Below, one piece after another: positions 10,486 to 19,306 of a stretch of 32,000 nt of DNA. Positions within the stretch are counted from its first letter, which is position 1, and each line of letters begins with the position of its first letter. The notes below the pieces were generated by a model. That model ran no database searches, had not been told where the DNA came from, and saw only the letters and a list, made by a program, of their open reading frames with translations. The translations under genes were made by a program, and so were the position numbers. Source of the DNA: Zymomonas mobilis subsp. mobilis ATCC 10988 (GTDB lineage Bacteria; Pseudomonadota; Alphaproteobacteria; Sphingomonadales; Sphingomonadaceae); assembly GCF_000175255.2 (NCBI RefSeq), contig NC_017262.1:690001-722000 (forward strand). Reading direction: 5' to 3'.

Positions 10486-10902
10486 ATGCGAGGAGATCTG
10501 ACGGACGCGGAGTGGGAGATAATAGAGGGTCTTCTTCCAAGCGAACGAGGCCGTTGCGCGCGTCCCGCCAAAAGTAATCGGTTATTTCTCAATGGTATGC
10601 TTTATGTGCTTCGAACAGGCTGCCCGTGGCGAGACATGCATGAACGTTATGGGAAATGGAATTCGGTCTATGTTCGGTTTCGTAGGTGGGCGGAACAGGG
10701 TGTGTGGGACGCTCTTCTTGAAACCCTGGTTGACCTTGGCCTGACAGATGACTGGCAACATATGATAGATAGTACGATTATTCGCGCCCACAGCCAAGCA
10801 GCTGGCGCAAAAGGGGGACGTATAAGGAAGGCTTTGGTCGCAGCCGCGGAGGCTTTACGAGCAAGATCCACGCCCGTTCCGATGGTCAAGGCCGCCCTCT
10901 AG
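10486..10902 (+). CDS. IS5/IS427-group transposase, OrfA (N-terminal DNA-binding part)
   Basis: 138 aa beginning MRGDLTDAEWEIIEGLLP...LRTGCPWRDM, typical of the DUF4096/IS5 N-terminal domain. Confidence 0.85.
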   Translation: MRGDLTDAEWEIIEGLLPSERGRCARPAKSNRLFLNGMLYVLRTGCPWRDMHERYGKWNSVYVRFRRWAEQGVWDALLETLVDLGLTDDWQHMIDSTIIRAHSQAAGAKGGRIRKALVAAAEALRARSTPVPMVKAAL

Positions 10903-11264
10903 CTTTCGCACTAACCGGTGGTGAGGTTTCTGATTATTCTGGCGCTGATAGCTTGATAGATATCCCTGTCACAACACCCCGCTGTTTTCTCGCTGATAAA
11001 GGATATGATAGCGATAGGTTACGCGAAAAACTGCTTTTTCGAGGCATTCTTCCTGTTATCCCGCCTCGTTCCAATCGAAAAAAGCCTATTCCTTATAATC
11101 TCCAGCACTACAAAGATCGTAATCGTATTGAGCGGATGTTTAATAAGCTAAAGCAGTTCAGGCGCATTGCCACACGCTATGACAAAACCAGAAAATCTTT
11201 CCTCGCCTTCCTTCATCTCGCGGCCGTAAAATTGTGGTTACCTTCCTTTGTCAACAAAACCTAG
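10809..11264 (+). CDS. IS5/IS427-group transposase, OrfB (DDE catalytic part), reached by a -1 frame change from OrfA
   Basis: The -1 frame is open from 10773. From the A-AAA-GGG-GG run at about 10809-10817 it reads ...GRSRGGFTSKIHARSDGQGRPLAFALTGGEVSDYSGADSLIDIP... and continues into the listed 10953-11264 ORF. The exact slip site is inferred. Confidence 0.75.
   Translation, partial: KRGTYKEGFGRSRGGFTSKIHARSDGQGRPLAFALTGGEVSDYSGADSLIDIPVTTPRCFLADKGYDSDRLREKLLFRGILPVIPPRSNRKKPIPYNLQHYKDRNRIERMFNKLKQFRRIATRYDKTRKSFLAFLHLAAVKLWLPSFVNKT
11244..11264. repeat. Right terminal inverted repeat of the IS (TCCTTTGTCAACAAAACCTAG)
   Basis: Reverse complement of 10410-10430 with one mismatch. Confidence 0.85.
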
Positions 11265-11438
11265 ACAAGGTTTATTATTATCATGCTCTGGAAAACTGAT
11301 ACCAATATGCTGGCTACCCAACCGCACTAATTCTAAATGCAGTAGAGAAAATAGCTTTTCCATGATAATATGAGGGGCTATTTCCTGATTAGGTAAGATA
11401 TAGATATCCTGATAGGAATCGACAGGATTAGCTAGCAT
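11262..11438 (-). pseudogene. cas6f: cas6f (csy4) remnant: N-terminal ~59 codons only, truncated by the IS
   Basis: MLANPVDSYQDIYILPNQEIAPHIIMEKLFSLLHLELVRLGSQHIGISFPEHDNNKPCL aligns by eye with the first third of Csy4/Cas6f (MDHYLDIRLRPD...LFGKLHQALV...RIGVSFPD). The reading frame then runs into the IS inverted repeat (FVDKGR-stop). The ATG overlaps the csy3 stop codon. Confidence 0.8.
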
Positions 11439-12471
11439 CCCCAAAGACTCCCCCTCTTACTAATACAGCTATCACAAAATGCTGGTCTTCGATTGCAGGC
11501 TCTTTATCTTTTAATACCCAAGCATCCAATAAATTGTAAAAGTCTTTTTTTGCCTTTGGCTGGCGATAAGCGACCCCTTGCGTTGTAACAGAGCCATAAG
11601 GTTCAACTGCAATCGGGCCATTGATTTCGGCGTCAGGATACCATGTATCAATAGTTCTTAAGGCATTCCCAATTTTTTGAGAATGAATAGCTGCAATCGC
11701 CTTTTCATCTTGACCAACGCTGTAGAGAAAACGGCTTTTCGTGCTTTTTCCTTTATCAAGCAGCAATTCCTGCGAAGGGAATACTTCCTGTCCTGCTCCC
11801 ATGCGAATAAAAGCTTTTACGCGGAGCAAAACATGTTCCTGCCCAGCTAAGCCTGCCGTTATCAGTTTCGCCAAGGCTTCTAACTCTTCTGAAACTGACT
11901 TCTCTTCAAATTGACGGAGAGGATGCGCTAATGCATCAAAAATACCGACTAGAGTTGATTCCTCACCGCTTAATCGAGTTATTTGAATAGATATAGCATC
12001 CGCACCCAAGCGATTCCGCCATAGGAAACGACCATTTGCCAAATTAGCAGCGTATCGATTCCCTAAAATATCAAGTCCATGAGTATCAATATAATGGCTG
12101 ATAGTAGCCACTAATTTAGAACGATACTCCATACTATTACAGGCAGCAGGCTCACCAACGCCGCCCAAAACACGCAAAGTAAATTCTACTTTCAGTGTAT
12201 CACTATCAAAAGGCAGCGTCGCAACATCCACCGTTTGCAGATTGGGCTTTTCGATAGCCGCCTTCAACTTGATTGGATCATCTCCAGTCTTTGAAGGAAT
12301 ACGGTTGGAAATTGTGCCACGAACCGATTTTTCGCGCAAATGAATTGGTTGCCATGCCGTATCATCGTCTTTGTCGCTCCAATTACCAGAAAAAAACAAA
12401 GCATCGGAAGGATCTAATTTACGCTCAAAAGATAGAACAGACGCTGTTTTTAAATTCTTTTCTTCAGACAT
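11428..12471 (-). CDS. csy3: Type I-F Cascade backbone subunit Csy3 (Cas7f)
   Basis: ASVLSFERKLDPSDALFF, REKSVRGTISNR, ANLANGRFLWRNR, IHSQKIGNALRTIDTWYP and IAVEPYGSVT closely parallel P. aeruginosa Csy3. Start taken at ATG 12471 (MSEEKN), not the upstream 12504. Confidence 0.93.
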   Translation of the reverse strand: MSEEKNLKTASVLSFERKLDPSDALFFSGNWSDKDDDTAWQPIHLREKSVRGTISNRIPSKTGDDPIKLKAAIEKPNLQTVDVATLPFDSDTLKVEFTLRVLGGVGEPAACNSMEYRSKLVATISHYIDTHGLDILGNRYAANLANGRFLWRNRLGADAISIQITRLSGEESTLVGIFDALAHPLRQFEEKSVSEELEALAKLITAGLAGQEHVLLRVKAFIRMGAGQEVFPSQELLLDKGKSTKSRFLYSVGQDEKAIAAIHSQKIGNALRTIDTWYPDAEINGPIAVEPYGSVTTQGVAYRQPKAKKDFYNLLDAWVLKDKEPAIEDQHFVIAVLVRGGVFGDAS

Positions 12472-12519
12472 AATAAAAACCTTCTTAATTTTCCTGAAAA
12501 ACAAAATATATAAGCGATA

Positions 12520-13533
12520 TCATAAAGAATATTGGTAAAAATTATGACAACGATAAACGCTTTTTTCTATAATATTCTTTTCCCCCAAGAATGAAGACGG
12601 ATACCATAATAAATCATTGGGGTGTTTTAGACGGAAAGGCGCAATCCATTCCCCTATCGAAAACAGGCTTTCAACAGGCTGGAAAGGAATAGTATTATCT
12701 CGGGCAGAAGATACCGATCCAGATGGCTGCATTTCACCGACTGCACCATAGCCAACAGGAATAGGGACGATCCAACCATTGTCTTGATCGTTTTCCCATA
12801 TATTTTCTTTTTTTGTTTCGGTTTTTGGAGATTGGGCTTCGCTTTTACACCGCCAATTGACGCGTGATAATGAAAGCCACGCATCCAAAGAGGTCGCCTC
12901 TGGCTGGGTCTCCTGCATTTTTTTTAAGCGTTCAGCAATAAGGCCACTTCGCTCAACCAGAGCATAGCCCGGCAAAAGACGATAACAATTTTTACGATAA
13001 TCAGAAAAGTTATTATCGTTATCAGAAGAAGTATTACATTCTATCCAATGCGGTTTCCTATGCTTCGCCATATTGGGAGAGGGAGGTATAATACTTCCGC
13101 CAGCAATACGCATATTTTGCGCAATAACAGCTATCTTTTCGACATACTCGTCAATTTGGTAATTTTCTTTACCCTCACCTTTAAAGGCAATAGCGAGCAA
13201 TAAAGAGACATCAAGATGGATACGCCCTTCTTCAATGATTGGCGCTGTTTTCCCGCCTTTTTCAATTGGATTACGCGTCAGATTAAAAGCATAAGTAAAA
13301 CCGCTATCTGTCACCTGCTCCTGAAAATCATGACAAATAACCCCCACTGCATTAAACATTATATCGTCAATACCAGCGGCATGAGCTTTGCGCTCTAATG
13401 CCCACATAAAACCCATAAAGGCTGTGATAGAAGGGAATCCATGCGTAAGCGGGCTAGAAATAGCATTGGCATTTTGCACCCTGATATGAGGCAAAATCAA
13501 CATATGGCTTGAGAAGGGTAATTCTGTTTCCAT
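12520..13533 (-). CDS. csy2: Type I-F Cascade subunit Csy2 (Cas5f)
   Basis: VQNANAISSPLTHGFPS and FNLTRNP motifs, 337 aa, in the expected position in the operon. Confidence 0.9.
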   Translation of the reverse strand: METELPFSSHMLILPHIRVQNANAISSPLTHGFPSITAFMGFMWALERKAHAAGIDDIMFNAVGVICHDFQEQVTDSGFTYAFNLTRNPIEKGGKTAPIIEEGRIHLDVSLLLAIAFKGEGKENYQIDEYVEKIAVIAQNMRIAGGSIIPPSPNMAKHRKPHWIECNTSSDNDNNFSDYRKNCYRLLPGYALVERSGLIAERLKKMQETQPEATSLDAWLSLSRVNWRCKSEAQSPKTETKKENIWENDQDNGWIVPIPVGYGAVGEMQPSGSVSSARDNTIPFQPVESLFSIGEWIAPFRLKHPNDLLWYPSSFLGEKNIIEKSVYRCHNFYQYSL

Positions 13534-13544
13534 GCAACTAACTC

Positions 13545-14879
13545 CTATGCCCGTCTACGCCACGGCACTGGCCATGCTGCATCTATGGTGACTTGTCTGA
13601 CCCAGTGAATATATTCTGTGTCGCCCACGGGTATATCTTGATGTTTCAGCTTCGCATTCAATCTACGCCCGAAATTCTGCGCCACGGCATCAGGCCAATC
13701 ACCTTTCATATACTCATTATAAAAAATCTGATCGGCCTCATCCGAACCATCACGAAGAGAAAAAAGGCTTCTTTCAGGGTCTAGCCATAATTTTTCATAC
13801 GGAGGCAATTGACAGCTATCCTCCCGACTCCACCCAACAGGCATTTCGGCTTTTATAGTCGCAGCAAAATCGACAAGGCTTTCTGTTAATTTCTGTTCAA
13901 ACCTTTGCCGATACTGACGTGTATTCAGGTTATCTGGCGGATTTGATTTCAGGAATTTTATCAATCTATCAACCTGACCATAAACGTCATCTCTTTTAAA
14001 AAAGACTTCTAGGGCTGACTTACAATTTAAAGGCAGAAGCCGTCTTTTATTCTTCCAACGAGGGGGTAAGGATGCCAAAAGGTAATTAACGCCTCCTCGT
14101 TCAAAATTAAGTTGCGATATATTTTGTGGCTTTGTCCCTCCCAGCCTTTGAACTGCCAGTTTTTTATATTCCTGATAGACTAACTCAGAGGCTTCTTTTT
14201 TATAAAAAGCCGATCGGGCTTCCTTATTACTCTCACCGAAACGTACGGCCTGAATATTTTGATGGACATAGTTAACTAATGCGCTCGGGAATAAAGGTTG
14301 CAGCAAAATATACTGATCATCTTCAGTCGGGTCTTTCCCTCGCAACCAATAAAGCTGCTTCATCAAGGCATGGGACTGCACTTTTTTATCCGAAGACAAC
14401 AAGCCGGCAAAAGAAGAAATCCATTCTTCTGCCTGATCAGGATTTTTAGACAAGGCCGCTTTAAAATCAGGATCACCTGCTTCAGCCCACGCTAACAAGG
14501 TCTTATCTTCAACCTTTGTTTTTAAAAATTTGAAGACATCCAAGGCGGCAGCATTACCGACAATATCTATATCAAAATTTTCACCTAAAAGATGCGATCC
14601 GATTTCTTCTCTCTGTGGTAGAGAATCCGGTTTTATATAAAGATTGCTTCCTTTAGCCGATGAATGAATAGCTTTGGCGATATGGGTAGCCGCATGAATC
14701 TGCCCTACTCTTCTTGCCGCATCTTCTAGCCAAATAGCATAGTCATATTTACGCATTGCAGCGAGATCATCTGCTTTGCCCTTCAATTTTTCATCACGAC
14801 GATTCTTAATAAAATCAGAAATAGCCTGACGAAAAATCTGTATTCTTGCATTATTATGCTGCATAATCTTTTCCATCAT
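13545..14879 (-). CDS. csy1: Type I-F Cascade large subunit Csy1 (Cas8f)
   Basis: GNAAALDVFKFL and GGTKPQNISQLN motifs, 444 aa, in the expected position in the operon. Confidence 0.9.
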   Translation of the reverse strand: MMEKIMQHNNARIQIFRQAISDFIKNRRDEKLKGKADDLAAMRKYDYAIWLEDAARRVGQIHAATHIAKAIHSSAKGSNLYIKPDSLPQREEIGSHLLGENFDIDIVGNAAALDVFKFLKTKVEDKTLLAWAEAGDPDFKAALSKNPDQAEEWISSFAGLLSSDKKVQSHALMKQLYWLRGKDPTEDDQYILLQPLFPSALVNYVHQNIQAVRFGESNKEARSAFYKKEASELVYQEYKKLAVQRLGGTKPQNISQLNFERGGVNYLLASLPPRWKNKRRLLPLNCKSALEVFFKRDDVYGQVDRLIKFLKSNPPDNLNTRQYRQRFEQKLTESLVDFAATIKAEMPVGWSREDSCQLPPYEKLWLDPERSLFSLRDGSDEADQIFYNEYMKGDWPDAVAQNFGRRLNAKLKHQDIPVGDTEYIHWVRQVTIDAAWPVPWRRRA

Positions 14880-14891
14880 TTCTGAATAATA

Positions 14892-17800
14892 TTAACTGTG
14901 ATATTTAGAAAATCCAAGAATATCATTATAATTATATCCAGATATACTTTCTAAAACATTTACTTTTGTCATATATTCAGCACATTTATACAGGGAAATA
15001 CCAAGATTTTCAGACTGTTCTTCTAATAAATTTTCAAGACTATCAGCCTGCCATGCGGTTATATCGGAGCCATAATCAATTTCGACCGGATGTTTTTTTT
15101 CCCGTTCAACAAGAATATACGGATTATGACTATTTTCGGGATTCTTATATTCCTGATAAAGTTCCAGTTTTTCGCCATCTTCGTCAGGTAAAAATAGAAG
15201 AGTCTCTTCTCTTAAGGTTTTTTCTCTAAATGGCTGCCATTGGGGCAAAACACCCGTCAGACTAGCCTGAGGATATTGCCAACAAAGAGCCGCCATTTCC
15301 TCTTTTGGTTCCAATTTTTTGGGAGAACGGCTACTACCCCCCACAACTTCTCCAAGGTTTTTCTCTGGCAACATAGATTCACAAATACGTGCTTGTTCCA
15401 GATCAGACATTCTTTCTTGGCTATGCCGCTCTTCTTTGGGTTGCGGAGCTATGCGAGGCAAAGCCGTGATAATCTTATATTCTTCTGGTCTTAAAATTTT
15501 GCTTAACCAATGATTTTCAAGATAAAATCGATTGTCGCCATATGGAGTTTTAGGCTTCTCAAATCCTGGATGCCAAAAAACAGCCCCTGCAGGATTTTTA
15601 AAATAACGCAGAGCGGTATTCAAAATAGCGATATTCGGTTTTTCAGCAGATTTTCTTCTATGTCGCTGTACACGCCCTGCCAATTGGATGAGCGCGCGCA
15701 TAGAGGAAGGTTCAGTAATCGCCCAATCCAAATCCCAATCACGCCCTACCTCGCAAACAGGCGATGCTAATATAATAAAGGCGTGATCCTGTTCTGGATT
15801 GTTATCCAAAATCTCTCGGATATCCGCATGATGATAGACAAAGTCAGCCTCGCGGCGATTCAGCACCCTATCCAGCATATTTTCGATAGCTGAACGCTGG
15901 ATTAGAGGGAAACGCGCATGGTAGACACATAAATGGATATGCGTATCACGGCGACCACCTAAGGCAAAAAAATCTTTTGCGACATGAAATAGCGGTTCAA
16001 TATTAGCCATTCTGATCAGACCGAAACTAACTTTTCTTCCTGTAATCGGGTCTTTTTCAGCAAAGCCTTCATGCAAATCCAAGGCAGTCTTGCGTAATAT
16101 TGAAGCAAAATTTTTATATAATACCTTATCGTCTGGCGTTCCAACCACCTCATCCAAAGGCACGATTTCGCCTTTACAGATAGCGTCACTTTTCAAAAGC
16201 TTCTGCTTACGCCGCTTTACAAAATCATCATGCGCCTGCTCAAACTGATTGGCATCGGCACAATCAGCATGAGTAGTTCCAAATTCGTCTATCCACAAAC
16301 AAGGGATATCCTGCGCTGCCAGAGATAGACTAGGGTCATGATTTAATTGATAGCATTTCCGACCGGCAAGATAAGCCTGATACATACCCGAGACCAAGGA
16401 AGGCGGTAATGTGGCTGAAGACAATAAAACACGACTACCCAACAGACCTGCCCAATAGACCAATCGAGTTAAGGCGGGTAAATCCTTCAAATCATAATCA
16501 TCCAATTCATCTAAAACGAGATCAGCCCCCATCAAACGCAGCATGGGTGCGATTTGTCGCCCGCCCCGCAAAGATTCGGTTGCAGGAACCAGATGATCAA
16601 CGGTACAAACCAGAACTGGTGCGGATAAAAGGCTTCGTATTCTAGGATCATGCCCCAAACGGCTCAATAAAGGATGGCTGGCTTCACAGCCTTCATATGA
16701 AATATAGCTATCTTCTTCCAATAGATCCAAAGAGGAAGCTGAACCAGATTCTTCAGCCTTATCTGAATAATAGTCAAATAGGGTTTTACTGGCACTTCCT
16801 CCAACTAAAATAGCCAGATCATTGTCATTCAGATGTAAATCTTTTTGATAAGATTTTCCGGTTTGCAAAGTGAGTGCTCTCAATCCCAACGCATAGGTCA
16901 GACGCATCCCTTTTTCAGGGTTGGCCATGGCATTGATAATACGAGCACTAGCAAGAGTTTTTCCTGTTCCCGTAGAGGCCATACAGACACAGAAAGCTCC
17001 TTGCCTTTCGGTTTTTTCGCGCAGGGCTGTCGCCATATCAGCAGCCTTATCTTGCCACGAAAAACGGGGATTCTGGCTTCTCTTCTTTAATCCTTTATGT
17101 TTGGCTAAACGGGGCAAATATTCAGAAAAATTCGGCAATGCATGGGCGATAATTCCGGCATCTCTTGCCACACCCAATAAATGCTCACTCAAGCCTTGTT
17201 TCCGCTCACCTTGACTGTCTGTGTTGGCATAAAGAAAATCATCTCCGCTATAAGATAGTTCTTTGGTAGCGGCCATACGGTCTTTTGATTCTGGAGGAAG
17301 GCTAGAATAATAGTGATCCGCCAACATCAGACTCAAACGTGCCAGATGCATAAGATAAGGATTATCAAGCCCGTTTTTTCCGATGTCTTTTTTCTTGGCC
17401 AAAGCCAATAAACGCTTCGCTATTCTGGAAGCCTGTTTTTGCCATTCCGGTAACAAAACCGGAAATTTTTCTTTTTTGTCGATATCCCAATAGGCTTTTA
17501 TTTGAGCTGGTGATGCCTGATTGTCAGTTATTTCATTCCATAAAGAGGTTATCTTATTTAATGGATCTGTGAGGATCCCAAGTCTTACCGATTGGGGCTT
17601 TTTACCCAAATAGGCCTGTTCTCTACGGTCTTTTTTTTCAATATAAACAGGCAGTAACGGAATACGATGATGAGAAACGATTAACCATCCAATCGCTGCC
17701 GCCAAAGGCGGTAAAGATTTAAAGGGATAGCAGTCCTCTCCATTCAAGGCATCGACTCCATCTTTTTTATACCGTTTTTTCGCCACCCAGTCTTTTATTG

Positions 17801-18332
17801 AATAGTTGCCTTCTAACAGACGGGTTAACCAGACCTCATCCGTATCCTCCCCGACGAAAGCCTGAAATAACCGTAAAGAAACCCATTCATGGCGGTATAG
17901 ATTACGAGATTTTTCTCTCGACTGCAGACGCCTTTGAAAAGCTTTGCTGGCCTTTCCCAAATCATGCAACAAAGCGGCCATTTGCGCCAACATCTGAATA
18001 TCTTCGGCGGTTATCCAATCATTTTCATCCTGTTGGCGTAAAATATTTCGGGTAGTGCTATTGGTCGGGACAGCGCCTTCATTATTAAAACGGCTGGCGT
18101 CCCCAACTATCCAAAGTAAATCACACTGCCCACCCCCATGTAACCAATGACAGGCAACAGAAGTATTTCGCCTTGCTGTTTTTCTCAATAATTTTTGAAC
18201 AGTAGCCAAGCCTATTTGCGTGATAGGCGTTTGCCAGCTTCGACTTCCCTTCCGTTCAGCAAACTGATCAAGGATTCGCCGCGTTTCTTTCAGAGCATTG
18301 TTGTCGCATTGCGAAACGAATAGAACATTCAT
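14892..18332 (-). CDS. cas3: Type I-F Cas2-Cas3 fusion nuclease/helicase (Cas2/3)
   Basis: 1146 aa. The N-terminal Cas2 part (MNVLFVSQCDNNALKETRRILDQFAERKGSRSWQTPIT) is followed by an HD motif (LLHDLGKAS) and helicase Walker A (ASTGTGKT) and DExD-like (VLDELDD) motifs. Confidence 0.93.
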   Translation of the reverse strand: MNVLFVSQCDNNALKETRRILDQFAERKGSRSWQTPITQIGLATVQKLLRKTARRNTSVACHWLHGGGQCDLLWIVGDASRFNNEGAVPTNSTTRNILRQQDENDWITAEDIQMLAQMAALLHDLGKASKAFQRRLQSREKSRNLYRHEWVSLRLFQAFVGEDTDEVWLTRLLEGNYSIKDWVAKKRYKKDGVDALNGEDCYPFKSLPPLAAAIGWLIVSHHRIPLLPVYIEKKDRREQAYLGKKPQSVRLGILTDPLNKITSLWNEITDNQASPAQIKAYWDIDKKEKFPVLLPEWQKQASRIAKRLLALAKKKDIGKNGLDNPYLMHLARLSLMLADHYYSSLPPESKDRMAATKELSYSGDDFLYANTDSQGERKQGLSEHLLGVARDAGIIAHALPNFSEYLPRLAKHKGLKKRSQNPRFSWQDKAADMATALREKTERQGAFCVCMASTGTGKTLASARIINAMANPEKGMRLTYALGLRALTLQTGKSYQKDLHLNDNDLAILVGGSASKTLFDYYSDKAEESGSASSLDLLEEDSYISYEGCEASHPLLSRLGHDPRIRSLLSAPVLVCTVDHLVPATESLRGGRQIAPMLRLMGADLVLDELDDYDLKDLPALTRLVYWAGLLGSRVLLSSATLPPSLVSGMYQAYLAGRKCYQLNHDPSLSLAAQDIPCLWIDEFGTTHADCADANQFEQAHDDFVKRRKQKLLKSDAICKGEIVPLDEVVGTPDDKVLYKNFASILRKTALDLHEGFAEKDPITGRKVSFGLIRMANIEPLFHVAKDFFALGGRRDTHIHLCVYHARFPLIQRSAIENMLDRVLNRREADFVYHHADIREILDNNPEQDHAFIILASPVCEVGRDWDLDWAITEPSSMRALIQLAGRVQRHRRKSAEKPNIAILNTALRYFKNPAGAVFWHPGFEKPKTPYGDNRFYLENHWLSKILRPEEYKIITALPRIAPQPKEERHSQERMSDLEQARICESMLPEKNLGEVVGGSSRSPKKLEPKEEMAALCWQYPQASLTGVLPQWQPFREKTLREETLLFLPDEDGEKLELYQEYKNPENSHNPYILVEREKKHPVEIDYGSDITAWQADSLENLLEEQSENLGISLYKCAEYMTKVNVLESISGYNYNDILGFSKYHS

Positions 18333-19306
18333 AATGCAGGCTCGGCCTCCATACTCAAAGCAATCTTTTTGATTGTATCAATCATAAAATCGAGCGATTC
18401 ACTATGGGTAAGAGCGGCTATAGATTTCTGCCTAAAAGACGATTCTTCATCGCCTGCCATCGCCGAAAGGAAGGCCTGCGGTAAGATAGTCGCATCTTTA
18501 ACCAGATCAGCGACATCAAACACCAACCCGCCGCGGCGTGTTTTCCCGTGCAGTATCGCCAATCCATGAGGAATTCCCAAAACCCAGGTCGCAGTAGCAC
18601 CAAGGCCATAAGCCAAATAATTTCCGTGATCTAAAAAACGGTTTGCAGGATCGATACCAGTTCCTCTTTTGGATCGGGTAAAATCGCCATATCCAACGGT
18701 TTCGGAGGCGAGCTTGAACAAAGCCTTTGTCAGTCTGGCTTCTTCGATCAAAAGCGTCGCAATATCAGAAGCCCTTTCTATCGCATGTTCGCTTTGATGG
18801 AGCAAAGCCGATAAACGGCGTTCATCAGGTAAAAAGCCATCTTTACCAAGAGAAGACTTAAGCCACTGTTCCTTTATACGACTGCTTCTGGCTAATTGTA
18901 ACGCTTTCACCGCCCGTAAACGCTTTTCGTCATCGAACCAGAATTTAACCCATGCTTGCACATATTCCGTAGGCCGATATTCGCTTTGTGGAGAAAACCA
19001 CAAAACATCTGTTTCTTGCTCATTCGCAGAAAATAACGGTGTCCCTCCGCCTCCACAAAAGCCAACCAAAACACCGGATTTTCCCAATTCACGCATAGCT
19101 GCCTGCGTTATGGATGTGCCCGTACCCAATAGAATAGTGGTCGTATTCGCTATAGGAATATTCCAATAAAGAGACTTGTTACCACGGTCGGTAATATATT
19201 CGACCCGTCCCCCATTCACCAAAACCCGACAATGCTCTAAATAATAGATATTTGCCCGTTTCGAATGTAAAATAGTTTTCAGATCGCCCGATGTTATTGG
19301 CTTCAT
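18329..19306 (-). CDS. cas1: Type I-F Cas1 integrase
   Basis: LKTILHSKRANIYYLEHCRVLVNGGRVEY, GTGTSITQAAMRELGKSGVLVGFCGGGGTPLF and LHGKTRRGGLVFDVADL are near-identical in pattern to I-F Cas1. Start taken at ATG 19306 (MKPITS). The stop overlaps the cas2-3 start (ATGA). Confidence 0.93.
   Translation of the reverse strand: MKPITSGDLKTILHSKRANIYYLEHCRVLVNGGRVEYITDRGNKSLYWNIPIANTTTILLGTGTSITQAAMRELGKSGVLVGFCGGGGTPLFSANEQETDVLWFSPQSEYRPTEYVQAWVKFWFDDEKRLRAVKALQLARSSRIKEQWLKSSLGKDGFLPDERRLSALLHQSEHAIERASDIATLLIEEARLTKALFKLASETVGYGDFTRSKRGTGIDPANRFLDHGNYLAYGLGATATWVLGIPHGLAILHGKTRRGGLVFDVADLVKDATILPQAFLSAMAGDEESSFRQKSIAALTHSESLDFMIDTIKKIALSMEAEPAL

Larger units (their letters stand above)
10410..11264 (+). 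mobile_element. IS5-family (IS427-like group) insertion sequence, about 0.85 kb, apparently intact
   Basis: Terminal inverted repeats match 20/21. Two overlapping transposase ORFs are offset by -1. Typical IS5-family motifs are present (LRTGCPWRDM, DKGYDS, NRIERMFNKLKQFRRIATRYDK). The exact ends are ambiguous by 3 nt because both termini abut CTAG. Confidence 0.88.

Noticed and set aside
10349-10540. A 63-aa minus-strand ORF spans the left IS end.
   Set aside because: It reads antisense through the transposase start and the IS inverted repeat into AT-rich flank. It has no Cas6f similarity in the flank part (PRQYFIFEIFMAFMNYSSFLC), so it is an artefact of the junction.
10410-11264. TA (within CTAG) is present at both IS junctions, which could be read as a target-site duplication proving simple insertion.
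   Set aside because: This IS group prefers TA/CTAG-type targets and duplicates 2-4 nt, so any two independent insertion sites would show the same dinucleotide. It cannot discriminate insertion from a recombination or deletion product.
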